This document shows, in pieces, positions 39,777-50,924 of a DNA stretch of 64,000 nucleotides (position 1 is its first letter; every line of letters begins with the position of its first letter). This stretch comes from Heptranchias perlo (lineage: Eukaryota). The stretch is taken from the NCBI RefSeq assembly GCF_035084215.1, contig NC_090349.1, positions 20,770,001 to 20,834,000 on the forward strand, in the 5' to 3' direction. A program made the position numbers and the translations under genes. A model generated the notes under the pieces. It was not told the origin of the DNA. It saw nothing but the letters and a program-made list of their open reading frames with translations, and did not search any database.

Positions 39777-40288
39777 GGGGTAGAAATCCATCTTGGACAG
39801 TAGTGCAAAACGGGCAGTATCAAATCAGCCACCTGTTATACTCCCCCCACCCATTATACTCCCCACCCGTTATCCTCCCCACCCGTTATCTTTCCCGCCC
39901 GATATACTCCCCCCACCCATTATACTCTCCACCCGTTATCCTCCCCACCCGTTATCTTTCCAGCCCAATATACTCCCCCCACCTGTTATATACACTCCGC
40001 CCGTTATACTCCCCTGCCCAATATTTCCCCCCGCCCGTTATACTCCCCCCACCCATTATTTTCCCCGCCCGTTATATGCCCCCGCTCGTTATACGCCCCC
40101 CCCGCCCAATATCTTCCCCCGCCCGTTATACACCCTGCCCGTTATACTCCCCCCATCCGTTATACTCCCCCCACCCGATATTCCATCCCATTGCCTTCAA
40201 TAGAGCTGAATATCAAGCGGGGAGTATAACAGGCAGCCGATGCGATAACGTCTGTTTAGCGCTAATGTTCAAGATGGATTTCTACCCC
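39777..40288. mobile_element. MITE with a perfect 19-bp TIR and an internal minisatellite
   Basis: GGGGTAGAAATCCATCTTG at both ends, with TSD AAT at 39774-76 and 40289-91. Confidence 0.92.
39828..40185. repeat. ~16-18-bp tandem repeat (CCCGTTATACTCCCCCA), about 20 copies
   Basis: Direct inspection. It generates the Pro-rich spurious ORFs at 39793 and 39803. Confidence 0.9.
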
Positions 40289-41334
40289 AATGTGTAAACT
40301 ATTCTAGCACATATCAGGGTTGTGGCCTAGAATAGATCAAACTTCGAATGAAACCTCGGTGAAAAATAATTGGAGTATTTGTTGATTAATGTCACCAACG
40401 TAATATTCCTAAAATGTCATGAAAGCTTCCTCAATGCTTCTTTAGTCTTTGTGATATTTCTTATTTTGTTTCTTTTTACGATCATGGTGTGATTTAATAT
40501 TCCGTTTGTGTTTGCAACAAGATCATCCAACAGCATTGGTGGACGAACAGAGCATTTTCTTAAGGAAATTACAAACAGTAATTTGGAATATTTAAGTTTG
40601 TGTTAAGGCATTGTTAGTGTGACTTTAATGCTGCTGTTACAACCGGTACTAGTGCTGTACACTAATGGCAACTCACTTTCACCCATCACATTATTTTTCT
40701 GTAATCAGCAATGTTCTTTCAATGAAACTTAAGTGCCTACTGCAGGTGACCCATTACACCCAACCACACAGTGAAAATTTCTCAACAGTTTACCAGTGCA
40801 GGGATGGTCAGACTTGCCCTGGTAAGTAGACTGACCAGTTCCTATGCATGTCATTTTATCATAACATGATGTGCATTGGTTTCTGCCACATTGTGTAGGC
40901 CTGAGCTGTGGTACCAGAGCCAACACATTGTGAACATACTTCAGACTCCCACTTTTCCAAAGTCTGACCAGAAGCACACCAGTAGTGCTAAGTTTCAAAG
41001 TATTGATCCATGCCATTGTCCTACCAAATTTTACTCCAAATAAAATTGACACCAAATTGGTACAATAACAGTAATATAAAAGACAGAGCTGTATTGGTTG
41101 GCCAGTGTTTCTGCTATGAACAGAGCCACACCCCTACTTGCTGAGTGTCACTTCACTGGATCATAAATACTTCAAATACATTGAAGAAGCTGGCTCCTCT
41201 CAGTGAGCTACACAACAATGAGCCAACCAAAGGGGTCAGATAAAGACATAAACCACAAAATCAAAGCTGGAAGAATATGTTTCGTATTCAATATATTATG
41301 GAAGAATATTACATTATTGTTTTAAATTAATTGA

Positions 41335-41620
41335 TACCAGTGATTGGTAGAAGGATTAGACCGGAAATGAGGAAAACATTTTTCACCTAGAGGGTGGTGG
41401 GGGTCTGGAACTCACTGCCTGAGAGGGTGGTAGAGGCATAAACCCTCAACTCATTTAAAAATACCTGGATGTGCACCTGAAGAGCCGTGACCTGCAGGGC
41501 TACGGACCAAATGCGGGAAAGTGGGATTAGGCTGGGTGGTTTGTTTCTCAGCCGGCGCGGACACGATGGGCTGAACGGCCTCCTTCTGAGCCGTAAATTT
41601 TCTATGATTCTTCTATGATT
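41335..41620 (+). mobile_element. CR1 LINE 3' fragment
   Basis: Homologous to 27655-27935, with tail TTCTATGATTCTTCTATGATT. Confidence 0.85.
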
Positions 41621-41870
41621 GCAAGGTGTTAGTTATTATTTAATATGATGTATGTGATTTTTTTCTTGAAAATTACAATTTTTAACCTGTGTGTTATATT
41701 TTCAGCCACCCTAATGCGACAGTACTCCCGTTTGATTCCCAATCCCAAAATGGATATAGGCATGGAATTTCACTAACCCCCATTTTACAGACTTCCTATT
41801 GGCCGAGGAGACTAAGCAAATGGCTGTCAAGAATGTCTGCTACCACTTTGTAACCACAAGAAACACTTAC

Positions 41871-41910
41871 CTCAGGCAGCAAGGATTCAGTTAACGAATT
41901 AAACCATCAC
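41871..41910 (-). other. Candidate 40-nt non-coding exon
   Basis: Acceptor TTTTGTTTCCTTTTCTTTTCTAG|G and donor GAG|GTAAGT. Stop codons occur in all three frames. Confidence 0.4.
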
Positions 41911-42524
41911 CTAGAAAAGAAAAGGAAACAAAATCTAAAAGCAACAGTGAGGAAAAACAAGGAGGCAGAGAGGGCAAACAGTAAGTTATAAATTTGATAG
42001 ATTTTAAAATGATACGGTCACCAGTGAATAGCAGTTTAGATAGATACGGTCTCCAGTATTCTAAACATATTAACAGAAATGGACTTAGGCCAGTCAATGA
42101 CTGATTTATTTGAAAGCCACCGAAGACTTTTATTAAATGCTCATTTTGTTTGTGTTTCGGCACACACAGCGCAATCCGTTTTAATATAAATAACTTTGTA
42201 GAAAACGTTTTCTTTGTGATCTTTCAGTCCTAAGTAGTAACTCACTGCAGAAACCTCACAAAAACAAAAAGAAACACTTAGCAAGGTTAGTTGGATTTTA
42301 GCAACTCGCAGCAATTTATTTTATTTATACAGATATAGCCACTGGGAAGATAAATTGTGTGGGGAAGAAACTTAGAAGCCTGGGCACAACTGAGAAGAAT
42401 TGCCGTGTGTGTTTTTTGTATTACTGTGACCGGGAAAAATCAGTGATATCAGCTCTTGAAATGTGCTCTGCAGAACCACTATCTTGTTGCTACTCCTGGA
42501 TCACATCTACCTGGATAGGGATGG

Positions 42525-42832
42525 TGCATTTTTCTTTCCCTCTCTTTATTTTGCTTGCTGTTCCTGATTTGACATTGAATTCATTATTCTAACTTACACG
42601 ACCTGGTTCAGTCTCTGTCCTGCTCATTAACGATGCTTCATGGTTAAGGAGATACACGGTTGCTTGCTCTGTTCACACAGGCCCCAGATGCCTTGTAGAA
42701 GGTGCCATGCTGTTTGACTCTCTAATTTACAGTAACTTGCCGTGCAAAAGTTCATAGAAAGTCTATAGACAAGGGCACGTCTAACGAATAGCTGGCACTG
42801 TTCGTTCGCCGCTCACAGCAAGATCCGACCCC
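42525..42832 (-). mobile_element. MITE family A, partial copy
   Basis: The reverse complement aligns with 297-600, and the end reads GGGGTCGGATCTTGCTGTGAGCGG. Confidence 0.8.
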
Positions 42833-42849
42833 ATGTCTTTCTCCTGTTT

Positions 42850-43288
42850 TCTGCCTTTTTTCTCCCTTCCTTTCCTGAAATCGCCGACTTGTGTTGGGAG
42901 ACAACTGCACGGATACCAGCCCTCATCCAGAACCGCACCGAAGTGCCATTCTTCGTATTTGAGAATTTTGTCAGGCTATTCACCCATGGAAGGAGCCATA
43001 GCTGAGCCCAATCCCACCCTCACACAATGCGCACACATGCACACTTCCCAGGAAGTCACTAGTTAGAAGTTGGGAGTAGGAACCCTGTTTGTTTTTCCTC
43101 ACTAGTTCAGGCTTATTGAGATTAACCATAGTGCCCCTTCCAGGCACTGAGGCCATATTGTGGTTCCCCATCACCACCCTATCTGAGATCAGCTAACTCG
43201 ATTACAGATCGGGGATCAGACCTAGGAAACTCCTGGTCTGTATGGCTCCTTTCCACTCTGGGTGGTACATTTACCAACTAAGCCATGA
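42850..43288 (-). mobile_element. tRNA-head SINE family B (AmnSINE2-like), near full length
   Basis: The reverse strand reads A-box TGGCTTAGTTGG, then GAGCCATACAGACCAGGAG...GAGTTAGCTGATCTCAG. Confidence 0.7.
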
Positions 43289-43480
43289 GGGGTGATTTCA
43301 ACCTAACTAACCAGGCGGGAAACCCATGGGATCGGGTGGAACGCCGGTGTTACACCCCACCCAATATCACTCTCCATTGTCTAAAATCAGGCAGGATGTA
43401 AAACCAGCATTGCACCCGATCTCGGCAGTTTCCCGACAAAAAAAAGTGGGGGGGGGGTGGTTGGGTTACAATTATCTCCA
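43289..43480. mobile_element. ~190-bp palindromic MITE
   Basis: The left arm CGGGAAACCCATGGGATCGGGTGGAACGCCGGTGTTACA resembles the reverse complement of the right arm, CGGGAAACTGCCGAGATCGGGTGCAATGCTGGTTTTACA. Confidence 0.7.
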
Positions 43481-44194
43481 ATATTTTTTTTCTCTCTGAA
43501 ATATACTGCACTTTTAATTCCAGTACTTCTGTGGATTCATTTTTTAATTCCTAGCACATACCAAGTTGATAAATGATCAGACAAGACATGTAGTAATGTA
43601 AACAGCACGTAACCATCTTCAAAGAATATCGATGGTGTTCTGAAACACTTCAAGTACTGTAAACCTATTGGACTGTATGGTTTTTGTAAAGAAAGCATGA
43701 TATTTTAAAGGTAAAAAGAAAAAGAAACATACTAGCTGACAGAGAAGGCATAACATTGTATTTTTCACAATGGAATGGCCCTTGAACAAAATCTTTGCTA
43801 CAAAGATATAACTGAGTATGGAAATGGGTTTGATGTGATAAGATTCATACTCATGTCTCTGTGCAGTATGGTGGCTGCCTGATAAAGAATTTAAAAATGG
43901 ACAGGCAAACAGTTTTCAGGATGCACTGCTTTTCAGAACGCTGTTTAACTGTCAGTTTGCTCACTATAAAGCTATTGATTTGATTAGACAATATCAGTAA
44001 ATACAGAACTTGCTTAAATTCTTCCCATATCTGCTTTTAAATTCCTTGTGTTTTCCTTCAGATAATTGAATACCGACATACTTTCTGGAAATGCAGTACA
44101 TTTTCAGTCCCATTGGCATTGGTAAAAGTTTATCAGTTCAGTTGGTTCCTTTTTTACTTTTTTTTCTCTCTCCTTCAGTTTTTTCTTTGATCTT

Positions 44195-44400
44195 CACCCC
44201 TTTCTCCTCCTCTTCTGAAGGCGCTGACTTGTGATGGGATACAGGTGCTGGTCACCCAGTGGTGCCTCACTCAAATGGCCAATCTTTATGCACGAGTCCA
44301 GACAGTGACTACTGGCAGGCTATTCACCCATGGGGAGGAAGTGGTATTATAGGCAGGCCTAACCCTGTCTTCAAAAAACACACACAGACACAAACACACT
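44195..44400 (-). mobile_element. SINE family B 3' fragment
   Basis: CTGAAGGCGCTGACT...GACAGTGA...GGCAGGCTATTCACCCATGG is similar to 42875-43000. Confidence 0.6.
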
Positions 44401-47400
44401 TACTTTTATGGCTTATACTCCATAACACAATGAGCCAGCTGAGAAGCTCAGTTCAGTTCATTTTACAATAAAGTGGCAAGGATGCAGCTGTGGCTGGAGG
44501 AAGTGTAGGGTAGGTGTAGAAAGGCCTAAATTCTCCTGGGGTTATGCTGGGGGTAGAGAAACAGGTAACCTCCTCTGAGAAAAGTGCAAAAATTAGGCAT
44601 CAACATTTCCATTTCTCACACACTGGATGGTGTCCAATTGAAATATTCTCGTGTATGTTTGAAGCGGTCACAAGAAAATCACTGTGTACAAGTTACGACA
44701 GTGATTTCCACATCAGCACATTGTAGCTTCTCCACACTGTGACCTGCCAACACTTATCCTGGCTATACTCTGATTGTATTCCTCTTGCTTCAGTCTCTTT
44801 TATGTTTTTTATATAAAGTTCCAGTTCTTCCTCTACACCTTCATTTTAAACGTATATTTTTTCTCCCTCTTTAAATAACCCTCATTTCCTTGTCAAGAGA
44901 GCAGGTAGCCAACCAACTACCACCATGTAAATGGTCGGTTTGCCATGGGTGCAGTGGGACTATTGGAGATGGTTTGCTTGCCTGCTTTCATCCCACATCC
45001 TTGTGCCTAGCTTCCGATAGTAACTTGCCACTACATGATTGAGGTTTTTGGTGCTGGATCCCAGTCTTCTGCTTTATAGTCCTTGGACGTTATTCTTTCC
45101 CCTTTTCAACCGAACCACCAACCTGATGCTGGCTACCGTTTCAGCCCCCCAACCCCACCATGGCTGAATGTCCCTCCACCACGAAGAGATTCCAATCCCT
45201 GGACTTCAAGGCTCAAAGCCCTACACACAGTTCCAAAAGCTCTGTCCCCACCCCCCAGTTGTTGGGAACCAGTTTAAAGTTTCTTAAGTGTGTTTTCAGG
45301 TCTATTAATATTTTAGTAGTTTTAAAACGTGCTTAAGGAACTTTATTTCTGTTTCTTAGTGACGGTCGGGAATACAGCTTTCGGGAGTGCAGATGTGCCT
45401 CGTGGTTGTGCCGGGAGATTGCCTGCAGCAAATGGGAGAGGTCATTTGTTGAAAAGGTTTCCCCAGCAGTGGTCTGGGGGAGGGGATCTGCATTATTTAA
45501 ATGAAATACTCAGCAGTATCTATTTTAAATAATATAGGTTTCCCAACATCACTGCTGGGGAAACCCATTTTAAAAACTCCCCACCTCACCCACATGCCTA
45601 CCATGACTGAATCCTCCCGCCATGAGAGCCCATACCATTCTTCCCCTCCTGCTCCTTCTCTCCGCCTCTTGCTGCTCCCACTCTTTTCCCCTCACCCCCC
45701 GCCAATCCATCCCAGAAAAACTCTTGGCACTGCGCTTTTGTCAGTGGCCTCCGACAATCCACCACTCAGTATTCCCTTCCCCATTGCTCCCGTACCCTGC
45801 TGTCACATCACATCCCCCCAACTGCCAAACCATCCCCAAGAAAACTCTTAGAGCTACACTTTTGTAGTAACCTATAATCCACTGGCCAATATTCCCTTCC
45901 CCAATGCTCACATACCTTGCCGCCACCACTTCAGAGCTGCCACATCACAAGTCCACCCTCCCACCACTGCCACACCCAGTATTTCCAGGTGCTGTAAGCT
46001 TCCTTGCAGTTCTCCCAGTTCTAAGAACAGTGCACTGATTAGCCTTATTGGGCCAGAAATCGCGCAGAGCAGCGAGGCAACGCTCACCGCAGCTCCTGCG
46101 AATTAAATTAACAAAAATACTTACTACAGGCTTTGTGGCATCAAATTGCTTGAATTTGAACTTTAAACATAATGTGCACTGTCAACCCAGCCCCTGAGCA
46201 GCGTGAGTTGATGCGCGGCTGGAAAAGTGTGTGAGGAAAAGACACGCCCACAAAATCTGTCAGGAAGAGAAGTCAGGCCCACTGAATTCGGCTGCATTGC
46301 TCAAGGAGGCAAGCAGACTTCATTCATTTAAAGTTATATTCAGTACGTAATTGTAAATCATTTTTTTATATAAGAAGCCAAAGAAATAATTGAATAAAAT
46401 TAAAGACAGAAGGGAAAAGTAAAAAAAAAATTTAATTTTTAGATTTTTTTATGACCAAAACATAAGAACATAAGAAATAGGAGCAAGAGTAGACCATATG
46501 GCCCCTCGAGCCTGCTCCGCCATTCAATCAGATCAAGGCTGATCTTCAATCTCAACTCCACTTTCCCGCCCGATCCCCAAAACCCTTGATTCCCCTAGAG
46601 TCCAAAAATCTATCTATCTCAGCCTTGAATATATTCAATGACTCAGCATCCATTGCCCTCAGGGGTAGAGAACTCCAAAGATTCACAACCCTCTGCATGA
46701 AGAAATTCATCCTCATCTCAGTCTTGAATGGCCAACCCCTTACCCTGTGACTATGACCCCTCGTTCTAGACTCTCTAGCCAGAGGTAACAATCTCTGAGC
46801 ATCTACCCTGTCAAGCCCCCTCATAATCTTATATGTTTCAATGAGATCACTTCTCATTCTTCTAAATTCCAGAGAGAATATGATCATTCTACTCAACCTC
46901 TCCTCATAGGACAACCCTCTCATCTCAGGAATTAATCTAGTGATCCTTCATTGCACCCCCTCCAAGGCAAGTATATCCTTCCTTAGATAAGGAGACCAAA
47001 ACTGTACACAGTACTCCAGGTGAGGTCTCACTAAAGCCCTGTACAACTGTAGTAAGACTTCCTTATTCTTGTACTCCAACCCCCTTGCAATAAAAGCCAA
47101 CATGCCATTTGCTTTCCTAATTGCTTGCTGTACCTGCATACTAACTTATTGAGTTTCTTGTACGAGGACACCCAAGTCTCTCTGAACACCAACATTTCAT
47201 AGTTTCTCAACCTTTAAAAAATATTGTTTTTCTTTTCTTCCTACCAAAGTGAATAACCTCTCATTTTCCCACATTATACACCACCTGCCACCTTCTTGCT
47301 CACTCACTTAATCTGTCTATATCCCTTTGCAGACTCTTTGTGTCCTCCTCTCAGCTTACTTTCCCACCCAGCTTTGTATCATCAGCAAACTTGGATACAT

Positions 47401-48210
47401 TACATTCGGTCCCTTCATCTAAGTCATTAATATAGACTGGAAATAGCTGAAGCCCAAGCACTGATCCTTGCAGCCCCCCACTAATTACAGCCTGCCAATC
47501 TGAGAATGACCCGTTTATCCCTACTCTCTGTTTTCTGTCCTTTAACTAATCCTCGATCCATGCTAATATATTTCCCCCAACCCCATGAGTCCTTACTTTG
47601 TTTAACAACCTTTTATGTGGCACCTTATCAAATGCCTTTTGAAAATCCAAATATATTACATCCACTGGTTCTCCTTTATCTACCCTGCTAGTTACAATAT
47701 CAAAAGTTCTAATAAATTTGTCAAACATGATTTCTCTTTCATAAAACCATGTTGACTCTGCCTAATCATATTATGATTTTCTAAGTGCCCTGTTACCACT
47801 TCCTTAATAATGGATTCCAGCATTTTCCCGACGACTGATGTCAGGCTAACTGGCCTGTAGTTCCCTGTTTTCTCTCTCCCTCCCTTCTTGAATAGTGGGG
47901 TAACTTTTGCTACCTTCCAGTCCACTGGGACCATTCCAGAATCTAGAACATTTTGGAAGATCATAACCAATGCATCCACTATCTCTGCAGCCGCCTCTTT
48001 TACAACCCTTGGATGTAGGCCATCGGGTCTAGGGGATTTGTCGGCTTTTAGTCCCATTAGTTTGTCCAGTACTTTTTCTCAAGTGATATTAATTGTTTTA
48101 AGTTCCTCACTCTCATTTACCCCTTGGTTCCCCACTATTTTTTGTGTCTTCTACTGTGAAGGCAGATACAAAATATTTGTTTAAGGCATCTGCCATTTCC
48201 TGATTCCCCA

Positions 48211-48794
48211 CTAGCTATACAAAACCCTGGTTAGACCGCACCTGGAGTACTGTGAGCAGTTCTGGGCACTGCACCTTCGGAAGGAGATATTGGCCTTGGA
48301 GGGAGTGCAGCGTAGGTTTACTAGAATGATACCCGAACTTCAAGGGTTAAGTTACGAGGAGAGATTACACAAATTGGGGTTGTATTCTCTAGAGTTTCGA
48401 AGGTTAAGGGGTGATCTGATCGAAGTTTATAAGATATTAAGGGGAACAGATAGGGTGGATAGAGAGAAACTATTTCCGCTGGTTGGGGATTCTAGGACTA
48501 GGGGGCACAGTCTAAAAATTAGAGCCAGACCTTTCAGGAGTGAGATTAGAAAACATTTCTACATACAAAGGGTGGTAGAAGTTTGGAACTCTCTTCCGCA
48601 AACAGCAATTGATACTCGCTCAATTGCTAAATTTAAATCTGAGATGGATAGCTTTTTGGCAACCAAAGGTATTAAGGGATATGGGCCAAAGGCAGGTATA
48701 TGGAGTTAAATCACAGATCAGCCATGATCTTATCAAATGGCGGAGCAGGCACGAGGGGCTGAATGGCCTACTCCTGTTCCTATGTTCCTATGTT
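48211..48794 (+). mobile_element. CR1 3' fragment of a different family, nested antiparallel in the CR1
   Basis: ORF 48290..48709 (LEGVQRRFTRMIP...WNSLP) and a (TTCCTATG)n tail. The host sequence resumes at CCCATTATAATTTC. Confidence 0.9.
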
Positions 48795-49835
48795 CCCATT
48801 ATAATTTCTCCTATCTCAGCCTCTAAAAGACCAATGTTTACTTTTGATACTTTCTTCCTTTTTACATACTTGTAGAAGCTCTTACAATCTGTTTTCATAT
48901 TTCTTGCTAGTTTACTTTCATATTCTATTTTCTCCCTTTTTATCAATTTTTTGGTTATCTTTTCTTTGTTTCTAAAACTCTCCCAATCCCCATGCTTTTT
49001 ACTCTTCTTGGCAACTTTATAGGCCTCTTCTTTCAATCTAATACTTTCCTTAACTTCTTTAATTAGCCACGGGTGGATCACTTTTCCCATGGAGTTTTTA
49101 TTTCTCAATGGAATGTATACTTGTTGAGAATATTGAAATATTTCTTTAAATGTTTGTCATTGCTTTTCAACTGTCAAACCCTTTAATTTAATTTCCCAAT
49201 CTACCTTTGACAACTTGCCCCTCATACCTATGTAATTGGCTTTATTTAAGTTTAAGACTCTAGTTTCTGACTTAAGTACATTACTTTGAAACCGAATGTG
49301 AAATTCTATCATATTATGATCACTCTTCCCTAGAGGTTCTTTTACTGCGCGATTACTAATTAACCCTGTCTCATTACATAATACAAGATCTAAAATAGCC
49401 TGTCCCTTGGTTGATTCCATGACGTATTGCTCTAGGAAACCATCTCGAATACATTCCATGAACTTGTCTTCCAAACTGCCCTTGCCAATTTGATTTTTCC
49501 AGTCTATATCCAAATTAAAGTCCCCCATGATGACTGCATTTCTTTTGTTACAAGCTCCCATTATTTCATGATTAATATTCTGTCCAATGGTATTGCTACT
49601 ATTAGGGGGCCTATAAACTACTCCCACCAGAGTTTTCTGCCCCTTGTTATTTCTAATTTCTACCCATGCTGATTCTACTTCCTGATCTTCTGAGCCAAGA
49701 TCCTTTCTCACCATTGTCCTTATGTCATCCTTTATTATTAGGGCTACACCCCCTCCTTTTCCATTCTGCCTGTCTTTTCTAAATGTCTTGTACCCTGGAA
49801 TATTTAGTTCCCAACCATGGTCATTTTGCAACCAT

Positions 49836-50924
49836 GGGCTCAATTTTAAAACGGAGCTGCGAAGGGGATGGGGGGAGTCAATTTGAGTTGGGAAACCCAT
49901 TAGTGCAGGTTTCCCAGTCATCCTTACGATTTTGACGTAAGGACGTCTTTTTTTTGTCGGATTCCCGATGGACTGAACGACAGGCTGGACATGAGACCAG
50001 CCAGGGAGAGAACGTCTTCATATAAGTCTGCAGGTAAGTCTTTGTTTGCATGGATGGGGAGGGGGAGCACGGTTGGGGGGAGCATGGGTGGGCACGGGGG
50101 CACGGGTGGGCAAGGGGTACAGGTGGGCAAGAGGCCGTGAGTCATGGGGATGGGATTGGGGGTCAGTCATGGGGGGCAGGATCGGGGTCATCGTGGGGGT
50201 CCATGATCATTTGAAGGGGAGAACCGAGATCAGGGGATCGGGGGTTGGAGGGGGAGGATTGGGGTGGGAGGATCGGGGTAGGGGATCAGGGGTCAGAGTG
50301 GCAGGATCGGTGTTGGGGGATCGGGATCGGGGTAAGAGGATCGCGGTCACGGGTTGGGGTTGGGGGATCGGGGGTCAGAAGGGGAGGATCGGGGTCGGGA
50401 GATCTGGGTCAGGGTTGGGGGTCAAGGGATCGGGGGTCAGAGGGGGAGGATCGGAGTTGGAGGATCCGGGGTCGGGGGATCGGGGTCAGGGGATCAGAGA
50501 TTGAAGGGGAAAGATCGGGGTCAGGGTCAGGGGATCGGGGTCCATGGTCTGCGATCGGGGGGGGCGGGCGGTCAGTGCAGGTAGGCTTGTTGGGCCTGGG
50601 GGAAGCACTCCTGCTCCTCTGGGCCCACAAGCTGTGTCTTTCTAGGAACTCACCTGTTAGTCTCGGGCCTTCTCGCCTCCTTTCATGAGGCATAAAACAG
50701 AAGACCCTGGAATCTCAGCCCCCCGGGGTTGAAATTGGGAATTAGTGAAAAGTGGAGGCCTGAAGCCTCCTTGAAAGGCTTTAAGGCCCACCCGCCCCTC
50801 GTCCCGCCCCCGTGAAAACCGGAATGGCGGGTTGGAGGCGGGTTGGGGGCAGGTCTGAAATGGTGGCGATTCTCAATGCCCCCCCACCCCCAACCCCCCC
50901 TTTTTTACTTTGAAAATCGAGCCC
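49836..50924. mobile_element. Harbinger-type MITE inserted in the CR1 endonuclease
   Basis: TIRs GGGCTCAATTTTAAAA and GGGCTCGATTTTCAAA, with a perfect TSD CAT at 49833-35 and 50925-27. It splits the SETWLQ motif of the host. Confidence 0.93.
50150..50565. repeat. G-rich degenerate tandem repeat (GGGATCGGGG/GGGTCAG)
   Basis: Direct inspection. Confidence 0.85.

Noticed and set aside
39793-40297. Pro/Tyr-rich extensin-like ORFs, or a CRISPR-like array
   Set aside because: These are translations of a tandem minisatellite inside a MITE. There are no unique spacers and no cas genes.
40747-40822. Possible + strand exon VTHYTQPHSENFSTVYQCRDGQTCP with a GTAAGT donor
   Set aside because: The acceptor has no polypyrimidine tract, the peptide is unrecognised, and no compatible neighbouring exons were found.
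50046-50693. Gly/Arg-rich ORFs
   Set aside because: They are by-products of the G-rich repeat within a MITE.
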